DNA of 20,000 bases from an uncultured virus (IMG/VR IMGVR_UViG_3300017763_003471) (IMGVR_UViG_3300017763_003471:118592-138591), one strand, 5' to 3'; shown: positions 8,521-17,449, counted from the stretch's first letter. Program-made: numbers and translations. The notes: generated by a model from the letters alone, not told the origin.

Positions 8521-8964
8521 CTATTTCTTTTTTTTAGTTTTTTTAGTTTCAGACTTTCTTACAAAGTCTCCGTTTTCGTCTTCAACCCAATCATCGTCTT
8601 CTGCTTCCTGAGTTACAGGTTCAGTTTCTTTAACTTCTTCTTTGGGTTCTTCTTTTGTAGGAGTTGGTTCTACCCAATCATCCTCTGTTTGTTTGACAGG
8701 CTCTTTCTTTACAGCCTCTTCCTTGCCTGATGCATCAACATCATTATCAACTTTTATAGAAGACTTAACTACTGCACGTGGATTGTTTACGTTATAGTGT
8801 TCACGTGCTATTGCATCAGCACTTTTTACAACTCTGCCTCCACGACCTAATTGGTCTCCTCTGGCATTTGTCTGAGTATTTCCTACAGAAATATTCTTTT
8901 CAGATTTTGCCATCAGTTTAGCAAGGTCTATACTTACGCCACGCATACTTTTATATTGTTTCAT
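8521..8964 (-). CDS. Conserved jumbo-phage hypothetical protein with acidic tail
   Basis: N-terminal SMRG...VGN...NARGDQLGRGG; duplicated EDDWVE motif. Confidence 0.7.
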   Translation of the reverse strand: MKQYKSMRGVSIDLAKLMAKSEKNISVGNTQTNARGDQLGRGGRVVKSADAIAREHYNVNNPRAVVKSSIKVDNDVDASGKEEAVKKEPVKQTEDDWVEPTPTKEEPKEEVKETEPVTQEAEDDDWVEDENGDFVRKSETKKTKKKK

Positions 8965-9185
8965 CGTATATCCTCGTTTGTATCTTCGTTAATTTCAAAA
9001 ACTTTTCTTAGTAAAGTTTTAATTTGCAGTTCAACAAAATTTGTCCTATCGTTTGATTTAACGAAAGGATTAGTATGTTGATATGAATTATGTATAATGT
9101 TCGTTGTACTTTTTACTAGACGTTCCTCATCAGACGTTAAACAACGTTTACTGTTTGGAAATTTAACTATAGTATCATTTGTCAT
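8961..9185 (-). CDS. Hypothetical protein
   Basis: ORF track; ATGA overlaps on both sides. Confidence 0.65.
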   Translation of the reverse strand: MTNDTIVKFPNSKRCLTSDEERLVKSTTNIIHNSYQHTNPFVKSNDRTNFVELQIKTLLRKVFEINEDTNEDIR

Positions 9186-9736
9186 TTTAAAAACTCATTT
9201 ATATCCAATTCATACTTAATGCTATCAACTTTGTGTATACCCAATAAGTATAACACATAACTTGAAACACTACTGCCTCTGCCAACACCCCATATAATAT
9301 TATGTTTACGTAGAGTATCAACAATATAGACACACACTTTAAGTACGTCTATTATACCGTATTTATCATATAAATATAACTCATTGCATGTTCTGTTCAT
9401 TTCGGGCAAATCATCAGGACATTTATCTAATACATACTTCCAAATGTCTAAGTTTTTATATTCATCTGGTATAAACCATTCTTTCTGATTTTCATCATCA
9501 AATTCAGTTATTTCCTTAGATAATTTCTGTATGGGTTCAATCAAGTCTTTTTCAACATTATTTAATGATAATGCTTTATTGTACTTTTCAATATCATCAT
9601 GCCACTCCATTTCAGTGACTTTAGATATGTCTTCGCCATTATAAAGCATTTCGTATAAATCTTGTCGATTATATACGATTCTTCCATACTGGTCTTTAAG
9701 ACCGTCAATCTTTGATGATTTTAGGTTTCCAGCCAT
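9182..9736 (-). CDS. dnaE: DNA polymerase III alpha (DnaE) stand-alone fragment
   Basis: WGVGRGSSVSSYVLYLLGIHKVDSIKYELDINEFL matches the DnaE GRGS..GSLVAY.LGIT..DP..Y.L.FERFL block; start uncertain. Confidence 0.8.
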   Translation of the reverse strand: MAGNLKSSKIDGLKDQYGRIVYNRQDLYEMLYNGEDISKVTEMEWHDDIEKYNKALSLNNVEKDLIEPIQKLSKEITEFDDENQKEWFIPDEYKNLDIWKYVLDKCPDDLPEMNRTCNELYLYDKYGIIDVLKVCVYIVDTLRKHNIIWGVGRGSSVSSYVLYLLGIHKVDSIKYELDINEFLK

Positions 9737-10367
9737 TAATGTCTACAACTTCTCCGCCTTCTGGTTTCAATGTTAATTCACCCATTGTCAATTTATCAAT
9801 ATTATCTAATATAGTATCAAATTCTGGAGGAGATGTCAAGTCCGTATTTTCATTTACTGAATAATCTTGTGTTTCTACGGTATTTCGACCCCACCATGGT
9901 GAATCATAGTAGTACTTTTCTTGCCCAATCCATTCTTTTAATGTTGGTAATGCTGGATAATGTGTATCCGAATATGTATAAGACATCTTGGGATTGGTGT
10001 AATTACTTCCAATAGTTACTGAAACAACCTCAATAAAATCTGCACAAATGGCATTTAGTTTTGCATGTATTGTCATTGCAATAATATCACTTGTAGGAAC
10101 AAAAGGAAATACAACTACTTTATTCTTTAAATGCATCATATCAATAGTAGCCGCTTTGTGTGTAAATATCGACTGGTGTAGTACATCTTCTACAAAATAT
10201 TTCATTTTTAGAAAAGCCGCGTTTCCTTTAGCCAAATCTGCTGAATTCCAAGCGAAATCTATTTTTATATCAAATGTATCACTTAGAATAAAAGGGTCTG
10301 CTTGTAGCATAGTTACACTGAATTTTGCTTCATATGTTGTGTAACTGTTTATGTAATCGTCTGTCAA
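9705..10367 (-). CDS. Hypothetical protein, possibly degenerate QueD/T-fold-like
   Basis: TTG start; VPTSDIIA...L...VVSV resembles the QueD PTxExIA block but the Zn-binding His motif is not evident. Confidence 0.5.
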   Translation of the reverse strand: MTDDYINSYTTYEAKFSVTMLQADPFILSDTFDIKIDFAWNSADLAKGNAAFLKMKYFVEDVLHQSIFTHKAATIDMMHLKNKVVVFPFVPTSDIIAMTIHAKLNAICADFIEVVSVTIGSNYTNPKMSYTYSDTHYPALPTLKEWIGQEKYYYDSPWWGRNTVETQDYSVNENTDLTSPPEFDTILDNIDKLTMGELTLKPEGGEVVDINGWKPKIIKD

Positions 10368-10368
10368 T

Positions 10369-10758
10369 TTATACCTCTGTTTTATTTGCTATCATATTTT
10401 GGTCAGTAATCTTTCCGTCCATAACAAAATACGTTCCTTGTTTATGGTCTGCTTCATTGATTGTATAGAAATCATACATAAAAAACATCTTAGGAAACAA
10501 CTGACTTAGTTTTAAAATATACTTAATTAAATCTAGTTTAGCACTAAATGTTTCAAAATGCAATATGTCATGCCCAATGTCAAATTTCATAGTTTTAATA
10601 TTAAACAATGGGTGCCACTGATTAGACCACTCTGTATCCATATAATCTATAAACTTAGTAATAGTAACATCATCGCAGTCACATGTCAAGCTATGATATA
10701 CGTTTATTATCCTTTGTGGTTTTTTCGGACGTATTATCGTCTCCGTCTGTTGGTTCAT
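10369..10758 (-). CDS. Hypothetical protein (weak YubB/DUF1281 ferredoxin-like resemblance)
   Basis: WSNQW, HFETF, LSQLFP pattern; overlaps the upstream gene. Confidence 0.5.
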   Translation of the reverse strand: MNQQTETIIRPKKPQRIINVYHSLTCDCDDVTITKFIDYMDTEWSNQWHPLFNIKTMKFDIGHDILHFETFSAKLDLIKYILKLSQLFPKMFFMYDFYTINEADHKQGTYFVMDGKITDQNMIANKTEV

Positions 10759-10984
10759 CGTCTTCTCCTATGACCATAGAATTTGGGGTTTTCTGATTTA
10801 TCAAATCAAACTTCATTTTCTCAAAACGTTCTGAATATTCTAGTTTCAACTCATCCAAATGATGTTGTAACTGTTCCATAACGTGTTCCTGTCCCAAGCG
10901 ATAAGCGATTTCCATTTTAGATTGCAAATCAGTTATCTTCTTATCTAGGTCCTCTTCGGTAAGACTTTTATAATCTGTATACAT
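10691..10984 (-). CDS. Hypothetical coiled-coil protein
   Basis: ORF track; preceded by AATAAATA at 11006-11013. Confidence 0.65.
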   Translation of the reverse strand: MYTDYKSLTEEDLDKKITDLQSKMEIAYRLGQEHVMEQLQHHLDELKLEYSERFEKMKFDLINQKTPNSMVIGEDDEPTDGDDNTSEKTTKDNKRIS

Positions 10985-11008
10985 AATATTTACTTTCTAT
11001 ACTTATAT

Positions 11009-12247
11009 TTATTCAAAATAATTCTGCATTCCACCGTCTCTGACTGTATCAACTGTCAAACAATGTAACCCTGCATCCCAAAAATTTCTGTGTCTAAAAC
11101 GACAATAGACAGGTTCTATTCCATGTTGCTTCAATTTGTCATGCACTTCCTTTTGATAATTTAAAGATAAAATAACATCAGGTGAAACACTTAGCATGTT
11201 AACTTCAAATACTGTTTCTTCTACATAACCAACCCATTTACTTAACCATGCATCTACAAATCTTGCAAATGCTTTATTATCTTTTTGTTTAGGATGCCAC
11301 CATCTACCTTGTGATAAGTGTTTTTCGTTTTGCCAGTCACCCCAATCTGATTGCATTTGATTAGGATGTTCTATTCTTAATATATCCCAGCCTGGAAATG
11401 TTTCTTTAAAATGCTCTGGTTTAAGCCATGGAGCACATACTACTAGACCAGGTTTAGGGGTGCAGAATGTAGCATCATTATGTCCTCCAATAGCGACATG
11501 AGGAGTTTTATAATTTGGATATAATTCACTTATTACTTCTGGTAAATTTATAACATCTTTTTTATCTATAATTAATGTATCACCAATACGTGTTATAGTT
11601 GGTGCCCAAAACATTTGAGTAGATGCTTTATATCTTGCTACTTGATTACCTCTTACACTTTCCATTTTTTTACGTTCATGTGCATTCCAACTAAGCCAAT
11701 CTACTGGAAGTCCATTGTCTTCCATGTATGATTTAGAAGGAATAAATCTACCAAATGTATACTCATCGCCTTTTAATCTCATATCTAAAACTTCTGGATT
11801 TATTAAAGATTGTCCATTTACCTGTAGACCTTTAGATTGATGAAATCCATTAGTGTATAAAACTTTATCTCCCATCGAAATAAAGAAATCTCTAGGAGAT
11901 AAACAAGGTTTTGGAATACCATGACCTTGAAACTTGTCTGTATTTGATTTTTCTACCCAATCCATTACTGATGTATGTTTAGATATTTGAGGTAACCCGT
12001 CTGATAAGTCTGCTAACATAGTTGCATTAGCAGGTGTTCTAACAACATCAACTCCCATGTCTTCCATAGTCTTTTGTATGTTATCTAAATCTTCGTGTGT
12101 TTCGTAAAGAAGTTGTTGTATCAAGTCTCTTGTTCTAGTATCTGGCAAGTCTTCAAAGAACTCAGGTTCAAACACATTGCCAAGAATAACTTGTTTCAAT
12201 GGGTCCCAACCGTTATAAGAATTAATCTTGTTTATTCGGTAATTCAT
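11009..12247 (-). CDS. Amidinotransferase (glycine/inosamine amidinotransferase, pentein family)
   Basis: SYNGWDPLKQVILG, PRD, GHNDATF, NMLSV, AGLHCLTVDTVRDG. Confidence 0.85.
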   Translation of the reverse strand: MNYRINKINSYNGWDPLKQVILGNVFEPEFFEDLPDTRTRDLIQQLLYETHEDLDNIQKTMEDMGVDVVRTPANATMLADLSDGLPQISKHTSVMDWVEKSNTDKFQGHGIPKPCLSPRDFFISMGDKVLYTNGFHQSKGLQVNGQSLINPEVLDMRLKGDEYTFGRFIPSKSYMEDNGLPVDWLSWNAHERKKMESVRGNQVARYKASTQMFWAPTITRIGDTLIIDKKDVINLPEVISELYPNYKTPHVAIGGHNDATFCTPKPGLVVCAPWLKPEHFKETFPGWDILRIEHPNQMQSDWGDWQNEKHLSQGRWWHPKQKDNKAFARFVDAWLSKWVGYVEETVFEVNMLSVSPDVILSLNYQKEVHDKLKQHGIEPVYCRFRHRNFWDAGLHCLTVDTVRDGGMQNYFE

Positions 12248-12569
12248 CTGGGAAATCTCTATATAAAAAATGTTGTATTGTTGTTACGTCTACCATATGA
12301 TTAAATCCAACATGTTCTCCCTCAATGTTTTCTTCATTACGTAACACTCCTGTCATTGCATCGTCTAGTTGTTGCATGTTTTTGAATTCCATATCGATAC
12401 GAAATTCAGGTAAGTCCATAGAACGAAATCCTAATTTCATTCTTGTAAGTCTATAACTTTCCATATGTCCTAACTCTACCATTTTATCTAAAAACAATTT
12501 CATCTTTTTAGCAAAATGATAAGAATTTACTTCCTCACTATGGTCTGCGTAGATTGTATATATGTCCAT
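12222..12569 (-). CDS. DUF6614-like protein
   Basis: YRLTRMKLGF...EFRIDMEF..MQQLDDA...H pattern recalled from the family. Confidence 0.55.
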   Translation of the reverse strand: MDIYTIYADHSEEVNSYHFAKKMKLFLDKMVELGHMESYRLTRMKLGFRSMDLPEFRIDMEFKNMQQLDDAMTGVLRNEENIEGEHVGFNHMVDVTTIQHFLYRDFPDELPNKQD

Positions 12570-12994
12570 TAAATGGGTCCTAGTATCTCAAATCCTTTTA
12601 TCTGTTTCTTATAAGTATGTGCTTCGCCTAAATACAAATATTTGTAACCTTTACTTTTATATATTGCACATTCATTTCTTAAACTTTTTATACCTAAATG
12701 TAATTTAGGAGTTTTGTAATCCCAAGCAAACTGCAATGCTTCAACACTTTCATGGTCTTGTATCATAATACAACTGAATGCAACAAGTTTATCTTCTTCA
12801 TCATAATATCCAATAATATCATTTTGCAAATAATCATTATCGAACATTGGCATTACACTTTTAAAACCTTTATGTCTACAATATGTTTTATAGATTTCAT
12901 TAAGTTCAGGTATGTTTGGTTCTTTCAAAAATCTACAATTTGGTATAACAGAATAATTAGTTTGTGCTAGGTCTATTCGGGCATAAGTTGTCAT
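12569..12994 (-). CDS. Minimal aminoacyl-tRNA--protein transferase (ATE_C/Bpt-like, GNAT fold)
   Basis: YYDEEDKLVAFS, WDYKTPKLHLGIKSLRNE, GYKYLYLG...YK. Confidence 0.65.
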   Translation of the reverse strand: MTTYARIDLAQTNYSVIPNCRFLKEPNIPELNEIYKTYCRHKGFKSVMPMFDNDYLQNDIIGYYDEEDKLVAFSCIMIQDHESVEALQFAWDYKTPKLHLGIKSLRNECAIYKSKGYKYLYLGEAHTYKKQIKGFEILGPI

Positions 12995-13019
12995 ATTGTA
13001 ACTCCTAAGTTACATCTAT

Positions 13020-13505
13020 TTATTCCTTATCAAATCTCCATTTCACAACATCATCGTAATTTTCATCAGGCCATTTATCATAATACCCTTGTTTCTTTAG
13101 TATTTTACTTGCTTGATTTAATTTTGATAGTCTCTGAACTAAGACTAATATAGCTTTACCGTAGTTCATTTTTTCGCCACTAAGTATTTCAGGGTCATTA
13201 GGATGATCCTCAAGTGCTACTATATCTTTACTCATAGCAACATCATTGAAATCTTTTACAATTTTTGAAAGTTCTTCTGGCGTGTAATCTTCCGTAGGAC
13301 AGTAGAGAACTACAACTTCATATTTGTCGTCCCAGTTCTCAGCGAGAGAATCAAGCAGAGGTGATATAGTATGCTTTCCTCCTGATACATAGTTGATTCT
13401 CTCTTTGAGCATTGCCTGTTTCGCAAAAGGACATGGCACATGCCCAATAGGTTCGTTGTGTACTGACACAAAATCCTCAATCCACTTCTTAATATCTTCA
13501 ATCAA
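13020..13505 (-). CDS. DUF1415-like protein
   Basis: WIEDFV...PCPFAK, DHP, LVQRLSKL; TTG start. Confidence 0.55.
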   Translation of the reverse strand: MIEDIKKWIEDFVSVHNEPIGHVPCPFAKQAMLKERINYVSGGKHTISPLLDSLAENWDDKYEVVVLYCPTEDYTPEELSKIVKDFNDVAMSKDIVALEDHPNDPEILSGEKMNYGKAILVLVQRLSKLNQASKILKKQGYYDKWPDENYDDVVKWRFDKE

Positions 13506-13606
13506 ATCTCGCCTTTTTTGCGTTTAACCGCGGTATAGTAACCTGCACTGAAACTTACTGCTATTACAGAAATCATTGCGATTCCATGCCATAATAAAAA
13601 GTCCAT
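13502..13606 (-). CDS. Small membrane peptide (34 aa, MDFLLWHGIAMISVIAVSFSAGYYTAVKRKKGEI)
   Basis: Translated by hand; coupled to mazG (TAATG) and to the next gene; TM segment plus basic tail. Confidence 0.65.
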   Translation of the reverse strand: MDFLLWHGIAMISVIAVSFSAGYYTAVKRKKGEI

Positions 13607-14019
13607 TATAAATCTCCTTCTTTTCTATTTTCTGAATAGTAAACATCAAACTCTCCGCCTGGATATCTTGCTTTTAGTTTTTCAACATTCTCTGCCATTA
13701 CGTCATTAGGATCCAAACCCAATGCACGGCAAGAATTAACCCAATACCACATAATATCACCAAGTTCTCGTTTACAATGAAAGATAGTTTCATTATCAAG
13801 TGGTTTACCTTGAAATACACATTTCTTAACAATCTCACTGAACTCGCCTCCCTCTGATGCAATGCCGATTGCACCTGTCATAAGCAACGCCATATTGACG
13901 CCTGTTTCTTCATCAAGTTTTTTAAGAGTCGCAGTTAGTTCGTCTGTATTGCCTGACTGCTTTGATGTAACCTCTTGTACAAACTCTTTGTATTTATTTA
14001 AGTCTACCTGTTTACTCAT
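13606..14019 (-). CDS. mazG: MazG-like NTP pyrophosphohydrolase
   Basis: SEGGEFSEIVKK, RELGDIMWY, NVEKLKARYP; start at MSKQV (ATGA overlap). Confidence 0.9.
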   Translation of the reverse strand: MSKQVDLNKYKEFVQEVTSKQSGNTDELTATLKKLDEETGVNMALLMTGAIGIASEGGEFSEIVKKCVFQGKPLDNETIFHCKRELGDIMWYWVNSCRALGLDPNDVMAENVEKLKARYPGGEFDVYYSENRKEGDL

Positions 14020-14537
14020 TGTTGTTCCCTGTTCTTTATAAGTTGTTCTATATTTATTTCTTCGTATTTTTCCATTGGCTGAACAATCCATGGGTTGTCT
14101 TCCAAATATTCTACGAAATAGTCTGGTGTATATGATGAACTTCCTTTTAACCACATTGTCGCAGTTTTAATATCTTCAATGAAAAAACCTTCTGTGAATT
14201 GTAACCATTCTACACACTTCTCAAATGTTGTTCCAGAATCTGCTAAATCATCTACTAATAAAATTTTGCTACCTATGTTAGGAGTTGTTTTAGCAAGAGA
14301 ATTTCCAAAGATAATTTGTCCTCTTTGATCCTTTACTTCATCACCATGATATGATTCTACTGACATTATTGCTAATGGTACATCAAATAATCTAGCAAAA
14401 ATATCTCCTACTCTTAATCCACCTTTTGCAATACAAACTACTTGATTGAATTTGTATCCATCTTCGTGAACCATTATAGCTAATTTTTCGATTTCTTCTT
14501 CATATCTATCCCAAGATATGTGTAATTTATCGCTCAT
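14016..14537 (-). CDS. Type I phosphoribosyltransferase (Gpt/Hpt-like purine salvage)
   Basis: CIAKGGL, PRPP-binding ILLVDDLADSGTT, WIVQPME. Confidence 0.88.
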   Translation of the reverse strand: MSDKLHISWDRYEEEIEKLAIMVHEDGYKFNQVVCIAKGGLRVGDIFARLFDVPLAIMSVESYHGDEVKDQRGQIIFGNSLAKTTPNIGSKILLVDDLADSGTTFEKCVEWLQFTEGFFIEDIKTATMWLKGSSSYTPDYFVEYLEDNPWIVQPMEKYEEINIEQLIKNREQQ

Positions 14538-14569
14538 TTGTTATTCCTTCTTCTAGTACTAGTAGTATT

Positions 14570-14598
14570 ATTATATACTATCGAGGTTCAGAAGTCAA
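14570..14598 (-). promoter_or_regulatory. Sigma70-type promoter overlapping the putA stop
   Basis: TTGACT-N17-TATAAT upstream of the PRTase RBS AAGGA. Confidence 0.7.
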
Positions 14599-17424
14599 TA
14601 ACAAAGTGTCTCCGCCGATAGCAGAAGTGTTGATGCTTATGTGTTTCTCCCACACATAAGGAGTTAGATAATTAGGACCACCTGCTTTAGGTCCAGTACC
14701 ACTTAAACCGTATCCACCGAATGGTTGAGTCTCTACAACTGCACCTATTTGGTCTCTGTTTATATAAATGTTACCTATCTTCATTTTCTTAGCTATGTTA
14801 TCATAGAACTTAGTTACACGTGAATGTATACTTAATGTTAGTCCAAATTTACTTTCATTTATAAAAGATACTATTTCATCTAATTCATCTTTTTCATAAA
14901 CATAAACATGCAACAATGGGCCAAATATTTCTTCATCAAAATACTTTTTGTAGTCTGTTACAAGATAAGCACTTGGTGGGATAATTAATTTTGGTAACTC
15001 TTTTCCATTACGAGATTTCGTTGCAATTAATGTTTCGTTTTCTTCAAGTACTGCAATTCTTTCTTGTATCTTTGCATATGCCACACCATCAATAACACGT
15101 GATACGTCTGTATTTAAATCATCTGCATTACCAAGTGATATTACTTTAATTTTATGTTTTAACATATTAATAATTTCTTCACTATTTTCTTTTTGAAGAA
15201 ATAAAAATCTAGTTGCTGAACATCTTTGTCCTGCACTATCGAATGCACCATATGATACATCTTCGACTAACTGTTCAGGTAAACAAGTAGAATCTGCAAT
15301 CATAGAATTTATACCACCTGTTTCTGCAATGAAAGGTATAATAGGCCCATCACGTTCAGCAATAAGCCTCTGTATAGTCTTAGCACTCTTATGAGAGCCT
15401 GTGAACGTTATACCTGATATACGTTCATCTTTGATTGCTTTAGAAGCCTCTTCAATATCAGGGTCACACATACGTAGTGCATCTATTGGTACACCAACGT
15501 GATGCATTGCACCCAATACAACTTTTGCAATTTCTAGGGTCTGTGGTGCGGGTTTTGCCAATACGGTATTTCCTGTAATCAATGCGGCTACGATTGGTCC
15601 TAAGAAAATTGCATAAGGAAAATTCCAAGGTGCTATTACCATCCAAGTTCCTCTAGGATTAAAAACTGTAGAATTATATTCACCGGTATAACCTATTTTG
15701 ATATTTTCTCCATACATTAATTCAGCTTGTTCTACGTAGTAACGAATAAAATCAACTGACTCTCTAATTTCTGCAACTGCATTTGGATATGTTTTAAAAG
15801 AATATTTTACTAATCTGTTTGCCGCAGGAATCATTTCTTCTTCTAAACTATCTGCACATGCTAGTAGAATTTTCTTTCTATGTTCAAATGTTGTATTTGC
15901 CCATTGATTTTGATAGTTGTATAAATGTTCTATACTATCTTCCACTGAAAGTAATTCTTCATCATGGTGAGGGTGAACCGCAGAGTCTAACATATAATCA
16001 ACCATAGCTGGATCAGTTAAATCATATCCTTTACTATTCTTTCTTCCAGGATATAAATCTTTCCATGACTTAAGTGATTTCTTTTTCTTTTTAACTTCTT
16101 TAAAAGGATCTACAACTTCATTTGTATGAACAAAACTAGTGTTAGCACCATTCTCTAATAAACGTCTTATTAGATATGCTAATAAATCTTTATACTCACC
16201 GACTGGTGCATATACTCTGACTTTCGTATCTCCTACTATCTGACTGAATAAACTATCACCCATTCCGTAAAGTTTCTGAAATTCATATTCTTGCTTACTA
16301 CATTTACCAACACATTGTATTGCTGAAACTGTATATGGATTATGTGTAGCATATGCAGTTTTCAATCTTTCACTATGCATCAGTTTTTTAGTACATGCTA
16401 GATAAGATATGTCTGTATTCTCTTTTCTTGTAAATACTGGATAATCTAGTCCTTCTTGTTGTGAATACTTTATCTCAGTATCCCAATATGCGCCTTTAAC
16501 AAGCCGTATAACGAGTTTGGCGCTACTATGCTCTGCTATTGTCTCTAACGTATCAATAACCCAAAAAGCACGTTTCTGATAAGCCTGTAGAGCAAATCCT
16601 ATAGTAAAATCTTTAAATTTGTATGTTTTAAGCATTTCTTCAAGTATCATAATGCTTATATCGAGCCTACGTGCCTCTTCTGCATCAATAAACATTGTAG
16701 TGTTGTTTTCTTCGCATACTCTAGCTATAGCGGCTAATTTAGGTACTAGTGTGTGTAAAACGTCTTTGTGGTTCTTTAATTCGTATCTAGGGTGTATTGC
16801 ACTAAGTTTTATAGATATGGATTCTTTTGACTTAATAGCCGCATCTAAATATCTTTCATAGTATAAATTTGCATCTTCCCAATTTGTTGCGGCCTCTCCT
16901 AGCATATCAAATGAATATGCATAACCTTTTTTCTTATTTTTTATTGCAGTTTCTATGTTGCTACCCATAACAAATAAAGTACCCATTTGTTTTACCATAG
17001 TCTTTGTCATTTCTCTTACTGCTGGCCAGCCTATTCTTCCTACTATACCTTCATATGCTGAAAGCATTTGTGCCTGAGTTAATGCAATACTGGCCGCTTT
17101 AGAATAAAAACTATTATTAGATAATTTATACCATTCTGCATTTGATAATTTATCTTTGATAAGTTTGTCTTGTGTTTCTTTGTCTGGTGTACGTAAAAGA
17201 GATTCACAAAGAGTCATAAGTGCCATGCCCTCAGGAGCACTCATATCATATGACTTCATTATATGAGTCAAATAATGTTCATCGGTAAGTTTAGATTGAA
17301 TGGTTTCTGCCTCAGCCATTACTGACCGAAGGACTTCACTAGATGCCTTAGATGCAATTAGAAGTTTTGGAACAATTTCTAATTCATCGGATCTATAATA
17401 ATCATTATGTGGATAACACTTCAT
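14578..17424 (-). CDS. putA: Bifunctional proline dehydrogenase / P5C (glutamate semialdehyde) dehydrogenase
   Basis: PRODH motifs YSFDMLGEAA, SIKLSA, IDAEE, RLVKGAYWD, ATHN, YLIRRLLENGAN; ALDH motifs PWNFP, FTGS, ETGG, GQRCSA, EEIFGP, QPFGG..LSGTGPKAGG. Confidence 0.96.
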   Translation of the reverse strand: MKCYPHNDYYRSDELEIVPKLLIASKASSEVLRSVMAEAETIQSKLTDEHYLTHIMKSYDMSAPEGMALMTLCESLLRTPDKETQDKLIKDKLSNAEWYKLSNNSFYSKAASIALTQAQMLSAYEGIVGRIGWPAVREMTKTMVKQMGTLFVMGSNIETAIKNKKKGYAYSFDMLGEAATNWEDANLYYERYLDAAIKSKESISIKLSAIHPRYELKNHKDVLHTLVPKLAAIARVCEENNTTMFIDAEEARRLDISIMILEEMLKTYKFKDFTIGFALQAYQKRAFWVIDTLETIAEHSSAKLVIRLVKGAYWDTEIKYSQQEGLDYPVFTRKENTDISYLACTKKLMHSERLKTAYATHNPYTVSAIQCVGKCSKQEYEFQKLYGMGDSLFSQIVGDTKVRVYAPVGEYKDLLAYLIRRLLENGANTSFVHTNEVVDPFKEVKKKKKSLKSWKDLYPGRKNSKGYDLTDPAMVDYMLDSAVHPHHDEELLSVEDSIEHLYNYQNQWANTTFEHRKKILLACADSLEEEMIPAANRLVKYSFKTYPNAVAEIRESVDFIRYYVEQAELMYGENIKIGYTGEYNSTVFNPRGTWMVIAPWNFPYAIFLGPIVAALITGNTVLAKPAPQTLEIAKVVLGAMHHVGVPIDALRMCDPDIEEASKAIKDERISGITFTGSHKSAKTIQRLIAERDGPIIPFIAETGGINSMIADSTCLPEQLVEDVSYGAFDSAGQRCSATRFLFLQKENSEEIINMLKHKIKVISLGNADDLNTDVSRVIDGVAYAKIQERIAVLEENETLIATKSRNGKELPKLIIPPSAYLVTDYKKYFDEEIFGPLLHVYVYEKDELDEIVSFINESKFGLTLSIHSRVTKFYDNIAKKMKIGNIYINRDQIGAVVETQPFGGYGLSGTGPKAGGPNYLTPYVWEKHISINTSAIGGDTLLLTSEPR

Positions 17425-17449
17425 ACTTTCCCTGCTTTACTTATGTATG

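Noticed and set aside
4913..15646. Nested minus-strand alternative-frame ORFs (4913-5110, 5914-6258, 6903-7115, 13310-13501, 15464-15646)
   Set aside because: They overlap longer genes with clear motifs; 4913-5110 also runs through promoter P4
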